A stretch of DNA of 63,994 nucleotides, the filler included, from Lenisia limosa (Eukaryota; Protista; Breviatea), in the NCBI GenBank assembly GCA_001655205.1. It is 13 parts of 13 records of this genome, joined end to end, with 100 filler letters (N's around TTAATTAATTAA, not from the genome) between each part and the next. Parts side by side here need not be neighbours in the genome. Positions count along the whole stretch, not along the records: positions 25,329 to 27,007 come from LPNZ01003392.1; positions 27,108 to 29,062 come from LPNZ01004324.1; positions 29,163 to 31,375 come from LPNZ01007317.1; positions 31,476 to 47,194 come from LPNZ01003871.1; 9 more parts are not named here. One strand, written 5' to 3'. Below, in pieces: positions 25,329 through 35,303 of the stretch (positions are counted from its first letter, which is position 1; every line of letters starts with the position of its first letter). The notes under the pieces were generated by a model. It saw only the letters and a list, made by a program, of their open reading frames with translations. It searched no databases and was not told where the DNA came from. The position numbers and the translations under genes are program-made.

Positions 25329-26930
25329 TTGTTGAATGAGGAGCAGTCCCAGTTCTACCCCCCTACAATTGAATTCCTGACCAAAATCACTGTGGTATGC
25401 ATTGGACTTGGTATATTCGGAAAGAGGAAAAGAATGCTTGATGAATGGATACTCCTTCTTTTATTAGTATCATCTTTATTAACGAGAAAATCTTGTGTTG
25501 AAGTGCTCTCTACACTATTTTTCATAATGGCATCTGGTTCAACAGCAGTCCAATAAAAGTCCAAATTGTTAGATAGCGCGACGATTATCAATAATTCATT
25601 GGTTGATAAGCATTAACGCAACCCGTGTTGGAATGCGTTTCAGACCTTGTTCAAAAAATGCTGTAATCCCCCCAGTTCCTCCAGGCACTTGGTGATTCCT
25701 GTATGTCCGAAGACTTCTCCAAGAACCAGGATTTCGCAGAACTGGTAAGCAGGGGGTAGGGGGTCTTGAATTTTGTCGAAATATCACAGTCCCCGAAGAC
25801 TATCGCACTTTTGCTTTTGCACCAAATGAAGCACCACTTCACTTCATCAGATGTTCGAGGAGATGGGAGACCTTTCGTTAAACGTTGTCGACATCGCCTT
25901 TTCCCTGGCACCTGTTGACGGCTCACAAGGTGTGCAGCGAGTATTGAAATAGTATATGATTGTTGGTACAAGAGTAAACGGGTTGAATTCATATTGGTTT
26001 CACAACATAAAAGGTATATTCCCACAAGAGTGTTCCCCTATTCGTCATAGAAAGTAGTACTTACAAGGACTTTCCTTCGGTCCCAAAAAAAGACTGAATT
26101 TCTTGAAAAACAATCGATATTTTATCGGTCTTTTTTGGACCGAAGGGAAGCCCTTGGTACACGGTTTTTTTTAAAAAAAAAACATATTCTAATCCTGTAG
26201 ATCTGGAGGAGGGATTCTCTTCAAATGTCACTGCCACAGTGGAAACTCTGAGTAAGCAGTGTTAAATGCTTTCTCGGAGTTGTCCTCCTCTATTTCCCCT
26301 GATAAACGTTGCTTTCTCGGAGTTGTCCTCCTCTATTTCCGCTGATAAATGGTGTTTCTCGGAGCTGTCCTCCTCTATTTCCGCTGATAAATGGTGTTTT
26401 CCGGAGTTGTCCTCCTCTATTTCCGCTGATAACTCCTCTATTTCCGCTGATAAATGGTGTTTTCCGGAGTTGTCCTCCTCTATTTCCGCTGATAACTCCT
26501 CAATTTCCGCTGATAAATGGTGTTTTCCGGAGTTGTCCTCCTCTATTTCCGCTGATAAATGGTGTTTTTCGGAGTTGTCCTCTATCCCCCCCTTTTTTGC
26601 TTATTGACACGCAACGTCTTTTTCTTTGATCTATGTAATTATGTCTTCAATCAACCCTCTGTTCATATCTCTCCTTTTCCTCATGCTTATAATACGGATT
26701 TATTCACTTATCCTTGTAGTGAATGTATGTCGAACAACAGCAGTTCCTATTAAGGTCTTAGAAGCAATTAAACCAAGTAAGGGGGGGGGGGTACTTTCAA
26801 TGATAAAATGGTAATATACAGTATTGTATGTAGCTTTGCCTCCATTCGACAATTTAACCTCTCCAGACATTAAACGTTTGAAAAGCCAGCAGAAGAAGCT
26901 GTTGGCTATGGTGGCGTGATCATGTTTTGA
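25329..26930 (+). CDS. Probable spliced helical-repeat protein fragment, unknown function
   Basis: AG/GT-bounded segments LLNEEQSQFYPPTIEFLTKITV, FLQALGDSCMSEDFSKNQDFAEL and MFEEMGDLSLNVVDIAFSLAP. Confidence 0.3.
26064..26156. mobile_element. MITE family A copy (diverged)
   Basis: CAAGGACTTTCCTTCGGTCCCAAAAAAAGACTGAATTTC ... TTTTTTGGACCGAAGGGAAGCCCTTG. Confidence 0.75.
26263..26585 (+). repeat. 42-bp minisatellite, about 7 units, two with internal 21-bp duplications
   Basis: The unit TTTYYCGGAGTTGTCCTCCTCTATTTCCGCTGATAAATGGTG repeats head to tail with no unique spacers. Confidence 0.92.
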
Positions 26931-27249
26931 GTTGCGATTGAGCCTGTATGGTTGTCTGATAATCGACTGGTAATGGTATTCCTATAAATGTTTGGTTATT
27001 GGGGTGCNNNNNNNNNNNNNNNNNNNNNNNNNNNNNNNNNNNNNNNNNNNNTTAATTAATTAANNNNNNNNNNNNNNNNNNNNNNNNNNNNNNNNNNNNN
27101 NNNNNNNAATTGAAAATGACTAAACAAAGCCCGGGCCAGTCGCTTCTGCAGTACCACATCCCATTACTCCCGTAAATATTGGGTTAGTGGGGGTGAGAGA
27201 TATATGATAAATACGTATGTATAATATATAGCAATGAGAAATATAAAAT

Positions 27250-29062
27250 ACGGTAGTATCTGGCCGAAGCTGTCCACAACATCACGCTTAAAAGAATACG
27301 GGATTATGCCTTACAACTCTGTGCACACAGCTTTCTGAGTGCCTCCCCAGCATACATAATAGGTAGACTAATAAAAAAAAAATATATATGATATATTTAC
27401 ATGTAGTATATGATATAGTCTATGATATGTCCCGTTTTGAATTAAAACTTTGTCAAAAGAGACGACCCACATACCACTAAGGTTCTCAACTTTGCTGGCT
27501 CCTGTGGGCGAATCTTCAGAGAAACGAAGACAGGAAATTCCAATGACGGCTGAAACGCACTTCAACACCTCCGAAATCTCATCGAGATCCAGAAACACTT
27601 CCAGGCAGTCCTGGTTGTTACACACGAGATTGTGATACACGTAAAACTCCCCAAAGTTCCCAAAAAAAAAAAAAAAAAAANNNNNNNNNNNNNNNNNNNN
27701 NNNNNNNNNNNNNNNNNNNNNNNNNNNNNNNNNNNNNNNNNNNNNNNNNNNNNNNNNNNNNGGCGATGAACACGGGTTCGAGTTCAGGTGTGAAGTGGGC
27801 CAAAAGGGGATAGTCAATGGGTTGGTCGAGTTGCAGAGCGGCTGTTAAGGTGGGTAAATCGGAGAAATCTGAAACAAAAATATAACCCCAAAATTAACAC
27901 TGTTTGTTAAACTATTGAGCGGCACATGGGGTTGGAAACAACAAAAACAAAGTTTAGGGTAATGATTTTTTGTACATATTACTAATGTACCCACTGATAT
28001 AATCAAGGATCGATATTCTTATTAATCATGACGTGATGACTATTCCTCTCCTTATTGCTATCCATGAACAATAAAACGCCATGGTAGAATAAAATGGTAT
28101 TGGATTATGCTATGATCATTTCCCATGTATATCATATATCATATGTAACTCAAACAATTTTGGAGAAACATGAAAAAGTAATAAACTAGACAAAAAAAGC
28201 TTACATCGAAGATCATCGTCAGCACCGTAAATCAGTTCGAAAAAGATGTCCATAGCTTGAGACTGAAAATAAACAGGTTAGTGGATGGCCTGGTAAAGAG
28301 TTGTAGGGAACTGTCTAGTGCAAACATAGGGATGTCAGATTATCAGATTTGGTAAGACGAAAGCACAATTGTTTACCTAGATTTACATAATGGATCGATA
28401 TTTATTACACATAAAGCAAAAGTTGAAAACAATCAAACAAACTGCAGCATCGAATCACACAATCCAACATAGAAAACTTCTGAGAGAAAAATAATAATAA
28501 TAATAAAAAAAAATCCGAGAATCCTAATGCTTACATGCGAGTGAGTACAACATCCGGCAATGGTGTCAATTGCGGTAATGTTAACCTAAAATGTCAGGCT
28601 TGTGATATTACAGTTTTTAAACAATCACTCTCAAATAAAATTTGTGAACATCAAATCATTCTAAAATATAATTTTAAAAATAGGTATACAGTATGATATA
28701 TACATGTATATCTAAATATCTGCATGAAGGAAACATACTGTATATATATTTTTTTGAGAGGATTCATTGAAAAGATCAACTTAAGTTTTGTTGGACTATT
28801 GGTAGTCCTACGTTACAAGACTACCAATCCTATCAAAGAGGTTACGTTTTCACTAAATTAGCAATCCCAACAATTTAGTTAACATTGAGGATATCTTCCT
28901 GACATTTTCACTTTTCTAACTCCTTTTGGCTGAGATCCCACTTCAGACAATGACAGCCAAGTGTAAGAAAGATTGATAGTTTTCCAGATCTTTTATGCAC
29001 CTTGTTGGATCCTCCAAACCTTCGACTCAGCTGCGCGGCCGCTTTCATCATAGGCGATCTCG
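27250..29062 (-). CDS. Probable spliced gene of unknown function (partial)
   Basis: Exon-like segments EIAYDESGRAAESKVWRIQQ, SQAMDIFFELIYGADDDLR, GNFGEFYVYHNLVCNNQDCLEVFLDLDEISEVLK and CVHRV|RDVVDSFGQILP. Confidence 0.35.
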
Positions 29063-29162
29063 NNNNNNNNNNNNNNNNNNNNNNNNNNNNNNNNNNNNNN
29101 NNNNNNTTAATTAATTAANNNNNNNNNNNNNNNNNNNNNNNNNNNNNNNNNNNNNNNNNNNN

Positions 29163-31070
29163 ACCTTCAAGTCCTGCTCCACAGGCTGTGATGAATGCAC
29201 CGCCAAAGGATTGGACAGTCAATGCAAACGGTGTGCAAACAACTACCATCGCACGCTCTCCGGCAACTGCGTGTCCGACGCCATCAGCTGCCCTCTTGGC
29301 TACTATAATCTCAAGCAGGCCGGACAGGAGTCATATTGTGAAGGTTTGCTGCATTCTGCTTCTTTTGAAAATGTAACATTCCTCACCTTCATCTTTTCCT
29401 GGACGTTTCAACATTTCTCGGCTCCCTTTGTCACATTCCAGGTTGCCTTCTTGACTGTCAGGAATGCATCAATGGTGACCGCTGCACCCTCTGTGACCCA
29501 GGTAAGCCCGGTCCCCTTTTTTTCTGAAACCTTCTTTTATACTGTTATCTTTGTAAGAAATTTTGTTTCAATAAAACAAAAAAACAGTATTTCACCCCTC
29601 TCCCCAGGATTTGACCGATGGGCCAAGTCCACTCTTGACGTGTGCATGAGACCTTGCTCTACACCCACTCCAGATGCCAAAAATATCGTCACAAACGAAA
29701 CCTTGTGCGAACATAAATTCGGTCAGTACAACTCCTATGAGAAACTGTTACTTGCGGTTTTCTGGCACTGTTTTATTATTGATCTCATACAATTACCAGA
29801 TGCTACCTGCGACTTCACCTGTGCTGCAAGTTTCCAATCCCTCTCCGGAACATACCAAGCCAAGTGCAAACTGGTCGGCTCTGTTGCGGCCTGGGTCGGC
29901 TTCGACTGCACCACGGGTGGGTGGAAAAGATGGATGTGGACTCTTGTTTGCTCAATTTATTTTAAGATTTTTTCTAATATCTGCAGTGTCCGAGAACGAA
30001 GAGTCTTCGGTCTCCGAAAGTGAGGATATCAACACCATCTTGGACCAGGACGAAGAATCGTCGGGATCATCAACAATGTAGGCTTTTCTTAGACCTGTAT
30101 ATGATGCAGCTTGAACCCCCCCCCCCNNNNNNNNNNNNNNNNNNNNNNNNNNNNNNNNNNNNNNNNNNNNNNNNNNNNNNNNNNNNNNNNNNNNNNNNNN
30201 NNNNNNNNNNNNNNNNNNNNNNNNNNNNNNNNNNNNNNNNNNNNNNNNNNNNNNNNNNNAACTGATAAGGTATATTGGCTTTCATTCCCATTCCCATTCC
30301 CATTACCTTACTCCCCTCCAGGATAACAGCTGGAGCACTGGCAGGAGTTGCCGTCATGGCGACAGCGGCAGTTGTGTTCATCACTCGCGGCAAGAAGGAG
30401 GTTGACGACGATTGCGATGCTAAGGGCATGCAGTTCCAAGGTGGGGGGAGGTATCATAGTGACTATTGTTGTGTTTACTCAGCCCTAAGTGCTCATTAAC
30501 ATAAACTGACTGAAAACAGAAGTTGAAGAGCAAGGAACCTTCGATGATGGCGCCCATTCTATCCATGGAAACACTCAGAACTCTCTTGATGTGAGCTCAG
30601 ATAAGACCCGCAATCACATTTACCCGACCATCTTATCACCAATTGTATATCATAACATATAATCTCCTTCTGATATGCCATCACCCGATCAATATTGCCC
30701 TACCCTATGCTTGCAAGTCGTTCATTTCGCTTATCATATGATTATTGTATCTCATGCTATCCATATAAACTTGCTCCTTAGAATCCTGTCATCCTATCTT
30801 CTCACTGACACCCTAGTCCTCCTTCATGAATAGTACGGACTTTACAACGGACTTCACGCATGACGGTCTGGAGTGCAGCGTTGATACCGTTTCTGACGCG
30901 AGCGGCATGACCACCACCATGCCTGTTGAGAACGACGTGGGTTCCCATCACTTTCTTTTTGGGATTTCCACGTCTTGCCGTCAATTCAACACACACACTT
31001 CATATTAACAATCCAGATGACAGTTTCCTCTGATGTCTCCACCATGTGCGACACTGACGCAATTGTTTAA
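29163..31070 (+). CDS. Type I membrane surface protein with furin-like CxxC repeats and a sushi/CCP-like module, 5'-truncated
   Basis: CSTGCDECTAKG..CKRCANNYH..CPLGYY; CDFTCAASF..AKCKLVGSVAAWVGFDC; transmembrane segment ITAGALAGVAVMATAAVVFITRGKK; acidic Ser/Thr cytoplasmic tail ending TAA 31068-31070. Confidence 0.75.
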
Positions 31071-31475
31071 TGCACTCCTTTTCATTATCTTTTCTATACT
31101 GTATTTGTATTATATGCTGATTATGTTAATTACATTTATGTTCTTTCCATTTTTATGATGGACTGGAGCGATGATGGTAAAATAAGCCAATTTAACAGTG
31201 ATAGGTTTGAAATCATACTCATACATTCATCTCAAGTCTTACAACCGATTCTCATTACAACTGAACGACCAACTAACACGTACTCTTTGAACAATAATAC
31301 AATAAAAACAAAAATAGAAAAAGAAGAAACAATTAGATCAGCTTGCCATTCCCTGCAAATCCTCAAGTGACTGAANNNNNNNNNNNNNNNNNNNNNNNNN
31401 NNNNNNNNNNNNNNNNNNNTTAATTAATTAANNNNNNNNNNNNNNNNNNNNNNNNNNNNNNNNNNNNNNNNNNNN

Positions 31476-31650
31476 CGATTGATATTGCTGAGTTCTGAAC
31501 AGCTGCAGTATCTAATATATTGTCTTCAACCACTTTTTGACTCACCCATTCTTTAGTTGCTAAGTTTGAAGTATCTATGTTTGTAGAAGTCGTGTTTATA
31601 GAGCCAGATCCGATTGTTGTGTTTTGAGAATAGTCACCGTGTAGTTCCAT
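31476..31650 (-). CDS. Putative virion fibre/spike protein, N-terminal 58 aa only (cut by scaffold edge)
   Basis: MELHGDYSQNTTIGSGSINTTSTNIDTSNLATKEWVSQK. ATKxWV resembles the ATKxYVD fibre repeat, and the gene lies directly downstream of the penton. Confidence 0.45.
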
Positions 31651-31679
31651 TTATAGAAAAAAAATATATTTTTAATTGT

Positions 31680-32438
31680 TTAATTAATTTCAATAATTAT
31701 TGTTGTAGAATCTCGAAGGCCATTTGGCATACCAAGAAGAACTCCGTTTTTGTTTGTTAATGAAAACTTCATCGAACTGATACTCGAAGAAGTCATTTTA
31801 TTTTTAATTTGAGTTAAATACTCCCTTGTGTAGCTTGCTAACTGGCCTGCCGCTACATTAATTGGAACAATTTCCATAATTGTTGAAACATCGGAATCAT
31901 TGTACTGACTTTCAATTCGGTTACAATGTACGTATACATTATCCAAACCGTTACTAAGGTCTGGAAAGTTTTCGGCTTCATGAATTACGTTGACAGTTTT
32001 ATCAACAAAAGCATCGTTTTCGACAACTTGAATAGTTTCAGTAGCACCAATGAGAACGTTTGATTCAAACCCGAAAAAGGACTTCATTTCCATTAAATCT
32101 AAAGTTACTCCTTCAAGTAACTGAATTCCAATTTTATAGGACCTAGTGTTTGAAGCAACATTTATCCAGTTGGGAGGAAGTTCAGGATAAAAGGCTTCGT
32201 TAATTTTTTCAGACAGCTTGTCAAAGCTGGAATATGAACCTGGTAAAATACTTCTTTCATATGTATTACCACCGTAGGTTACAGAAATTGAATTATTATC
32301 ATCGTTAATATTGTAGATGTAATTTGGAAAGGATAAATATTTAAGAGTCATAGTCGGATTAGATGACAATTTGAGAGAAGGATTGAATTCGATTTCATTT
32401 TCTGGACCAATGAATGTATATTTTAAAACTCGTGACAT
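31680..32438 (-). CDS. Minor capsid protein (penton, single jelly-roll)
   Basis: 252 aa with Polinton/PLV penton-type motifs FPNYIYNINDDNN, SILPGSY, NVYVHCNRIE and IMEIVPINVAAG. Same strand and cluster as the MCP. Confidence 0.85.
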   Translation of the reverse strand: MSRVLKYTFIGPENEIEFNPSLKLSSNPTMTLKYLSFPNYIYNINDDNNSISVTYGGNTYERSILPGSYSSFDKLSEKINEAFYPELPPNWINVASNTRSYKIGIQLLEGVTLDLMEMKSFFGFESNVLIGATETIQVVENDAFVDKTVNVIHEAENFPDLSNGLDNVYVHCNRIESQYNDSDVSTIMEIVPINVAAGQLASYTREYLTQIKNKMTSSSISSMKFSLTNKNGVLLGMPNGLRDSTTIIIEIN

Positions 32439-32458
32439 TTTTATAGGAAAATATATTT

Positions 32459-33094
32459 TTAATTATTATTTATTTTATTGACGATTTCCGAACGCGAAAT
32501 TCCCACAGCAGCACCGAGAGTGATAAGGATAGCGTTAAGAAAAAACCCTGTTAAAGCACCGCCAACGGTTACAGCAGCAGCTATACCGTATTTCTTTTTC
32601 CGTGAACTAAGTTTCAGGGAACCGTCTGTTTTCTGTAAATTGCCACGATAGTGTTCGTTGATGATTAGTTTCACCACTTTACCGTGATATTTGTAAGCCT
32701 GTTCTATTTGACGCTGACCTAAGTCACTTTCAACATAATTACAATATATGTTTAGTTTAGAAGTATCGACAGCTATCCAATTTTTCTCTCTTTTCAGCGT
32801 TTTATTCTTTTGACGTATTTCTAAAATATGTTTATCATTAATAAATCTATAACGATGGTCCAACCATTTCTCAGTAAGTTCCTTGAATTTTGTGAAGATT
32901 GCTGTTTCTATTGGTTCAACACCAGGTTCTTCCATACATTTTTCTTTGATACTTTGTTTATTATTGTGTTTTAGACATGGTTCGCCTCTTTTACTGTTTA
33001 ATACTTTACATCCACACTCTAGGACAACATTAAAGTCTTTTATTCGGGGTGGAGCCGATGGGTTAGGAATTTCGATGGGATACAAGTTTGACAT
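32459..33094 (-). CDS. Viral membrane-associated protein with N-terminal PSAP motif and C-terminal hydrophobic hairpin
   Basis: MSNLYPIEIPNPSAPP at the N-terminus; KKKYGIAAAVTVGGALTGFFLNAILITLGAAVGIS at the C-terminus. Confidence 0.65.
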   Translation of the reverse strand: MSNLYPIEIPNPSAPPRIKDFNVVLECGCKVLNSKRGEPCLKHNNKQSIKEKCMEEPGVEPIETAIFTKFKELTEKWLDHRYRFINDKHILEIRQKNKTLKREKNWIAVDTSKLNIYCNYVESDLGQRQIEQAYKYHGKVVKLIINEHYRGNLQKTDGSLKLSSRKKKYGIAAAVTVGGALTGFFLNAILITLGAAVGISRSEIVNKINNN

Positions 33095-33145
33095 TTATTG
33101 AAAAAAAAAGTTTTTTTTAATTTAAATTATTTTCATTTATTTCGC

Positions 33146-34555
33146 TTAGCTCTGTAAATCCGAATCCTCGACGAGTCTAGCATTTTTCTTTCTATCTTCT
33201 TTCTCTTTACGACGCATCGCAACAGTATCGAGTTTTTCGTTAAGTTCGAGTGGTGATTTATCGTTAACAATGGAAAATTTACCGTTACCATCACCGTCAT
33301 AAACAAGTGAAGCATCTTCATAAATTACCGTGTACATGTCGTAAACGTCGGTAGTTGCTTCTTCTAATTCAATAATATCTACAATCGTGTTATTTGTGTT
33401 TGTAAGGAACATATGTGTCCCAACTTCTGGTGTTGTTAGAACACTGTCAATCCAAATTCCACTGGTAGGGTCACGGAAATGCTTGCTACTTACCGGAAGT
33501 GGGGCTTTTAAGTCATCATACTTGCCACCGATGGATCGACGGAATCTATTAAAAGAAGGTGACACATCATTTTTCTCTAAATCATTTTCTTTACCCACGT
33601 CTGGGAATTGTTTTGAACCAATTTTACACGCGTGGTCTGTAATTCTTACCATAAATGGTCTCCATGGACGAGTGATATCGGGTTTAATAACAATAGTATC
33701 GATCAAACTTGCGTGGCTGTCAACAGTTCCAATTGACTTAGTTTTGGTTAAATTTGTTGGAATAGTGGTAGGATTAACATGGATCTTGGTGAAAGAAGTG
33801 GGGTAAGTCATACCTAATTTTTTAATTTTGTCTAAATACGATGCAGTCCCTTTGTTAGTGAGGTGAAGTTCACGTGCAGCTAAAATGATATTATCACGGT
33901 AGAGATGATTAGCCACAGCCACTGAGTTTTGCTCCATACTACCGATAATTGAATCGGCGCTTGTTTTAAAAGTAATATCAAACTGGTAAGTCTGTCCACC
34001 GGGTAACACGTAGTTTTCTTGAAAATAAGGGAAAAGTGCTCTTAAATGAATTTCACGATATACCCAGGCATTGTTTTTATATTTGCTAGTTCTTTTAGTA
34101 AGTTCCGTTGCAGTCTCTCCATCAAGGCGACTGTTGAAGATAAATTCATTTTCACCACCGTTTTCCAGGTAGTCGTCGTTATAGTATTTATGTTTTACAA
34201 TTTCTCCAATGATTTCTGGTTCTTCAATTTTTCCTAACACTTCTTTACCATTACATTTGATTGTAATTTCTTTAATTTGTGAATAACTAGAGTCTTTACA
34301 ATAAGCACCTGTGACTTCATGAGTTCCTGTATCGACATAATCTCCACCTAATTTTGTGAGTGAGATTTTTTCAGTCCACGAAAAGATAAAATTCGAACAT
34401 TCGAGAAATGTGGGATTTTCATCAGTGGTAGAACCTCCAATTCGGAAAGTATACTGGTCGCCTGAATTATTGGACGCTTCTTGGCGGACGTCTACAGCGC
34501 TTTCAATTTCGCTATTAATTGTTTTGTCATTAAATCTAAATATTCTGTCGGTCAT
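33146..34555 (-). CDS. Major capsid protein (double jelly-roll, Maverick/Polinton type)
   Basis: 469 aa, beta-rich. NNSGDQYTFRI..SNFIFSWTEKI..SQIKEITIKCNGKEV..YYNDDYLENGG..REIHLRALFPYF..LPGG..FDITF matches the Polinton MCP pattern, and the gene sits next to the penton. Confidence 0.85.
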   Translation of the reverse strand: MTDRIFRFNDKTINSEIESAVDVRQEASNNSGDQYTFRIGGSTTDENPTFLECSNFIFSWTEKISLTKLGGDYVDTGTHEVTGAYCKDSSYSQIKEITIKCNGKEVLGKIEEPEIIGEIVKHKYYNDDYLENGGENEFIFNSRLDGETATELTKRTSKYKNNAWVYREIHLRALFPYFQENYVLPGGQTYQFDITFKTSADSIIGSMEQNSVAVANHLYRDNIILAARELHLTNKGTASYLDKIKKLGMTYPTSFTKIHVNPTTIPTNLTKTKSIGTVDSHASLIDTIVIKPDITRPWRPFMVRITDHACKIGSKQFPDVGKENDLEKNDVSPSFNRFRRSIGGKYDDLKAPLPVSSKHFRDPTSGIWIDSVLTTPEVGTHMFLTNTNNTIVDIIELEEATTDVYDMYTVIYEDASLVYDGDGNGKFSIVNDKSPLELNEKLDTVAMRRKEKEDRKKNARLVEDSDLQS

Positions 34556-34608
34556 TTTTTAAGAAGAAAAAAATAAAATAAAAAACTTTTTTTTTATTTA
34601 AAAAAAAG

Positions 34609-35277
34609 ATGGATTATTCAGATAGCGATATTTCAAGTGACGACGAATTTAGATACTATAAAGATGGTGCAGGTTTATGGAACAAAGTTAGGAAATCAAC
34701 TAAAGCAGTAAAGAATGTTGTAAAAAAAGGAAATCAAGCTGCAAAAAGTGTTAAGAAAGAATTAGACAATGCTCGAAAAAACGAGTTAGTGAATACTGCC
34801 TGGGAAACCACCAAAGCAGCTGTACCTCAAATTGAAGCAGCAGAAAAAATAGCTAAAGTGGGCTACGATAACCTCGATAAAGCCGAAAAAATGACCGCAA
34901 TGGTGGACGATATGACAAATCGTATGTCTTCTGACCCTGAAAGTGTGGTAAAAGAAGTTGGCGGCTACATCGAGAAAATCGGAGATCTTTCAGAAGAAAT
35001 TAAATACCTAAAAGACAAAATTGACCGCCTTAAAAACGGAGGAGATGATAATAACAATGATAGTGACCTTGAGGACGAGAACTACGAGGAAAAGACTGGA
35101 GGCTGGGGTCCGGTAGCTGCTTTTGTTGCGACTTATGCTGCTACTAAAGCCGCCGACTATGCTTACGATAAATATGGTGGATTATCTTATTTACCCAACC
35201 ATGACTACGAAGGCGGAGGTTATATGACTTTACCCGAAGGAATTCCGGACTACAGAAAGTATCTAGTTAAAAACTAA
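34609..35277 (+). CDS. Putative virion core/membrane-lytic precursor protein
   Basis: 222 aa. DGAG is followed by the cationic amphipathic segment LWNKVRKSTKAVKNVVKK, and there are three KxGG sites (KNGG, KTGG, KYGG). Confidence 0.55.
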   Translation: MDYSDSDISSDDEFRYYKDGAGLWNKVRKSTKAVKNVVKKGNQAAKSVKKELDNARKNELVNTAWETTKAAVPQIEAAEKIAKVGYDNLDKAEKMTAMVDDMTNRMSSDPESVVKEVGGYIEKIGDLSEEIKYLKDKIDRLKNGGDDNNNDSDLEDENYEEKTGGWGPVAAFVATYAATKAADYAYDKYGGLSYLPNHDYEGGGYMTLPEGIPDYRKYLVKN

Positions 35278-35303
35278 AACAAAAAAAATATATTTTTTTT
35301 TTC

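Noticed and set aside
26263-26585. CRISPR-like array
   Set aside because: Units are contiguous with no unique spacers, no cas genes are present, and the context is eukaryotic and intronic.
27450-27660. Hus1/9-1-1 clamp resemblance
   Set aside because: Similarity is limited to a vague F.EF..NN..LE pattern, and flanking exons do not fit.
29211-30023. 270-aa ORF as a single-exon protein
   Set aside because: It reads through F/T-rich introns; the real product is the spliced furin-like protein.
31420-31431. TTAATTAATTAA as a biological motif or viral terminus
   Set aside because: It always sits between 44-N runs; it is an artificial six-frame-stop linker.
33387-33806. Antisense ORFs inside viral genes (also 35308-35559, 36154-36606, 40826-41140)
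   Set aside because: They are shadows of longer opposite-strand ORFs and lack the upstream motif.
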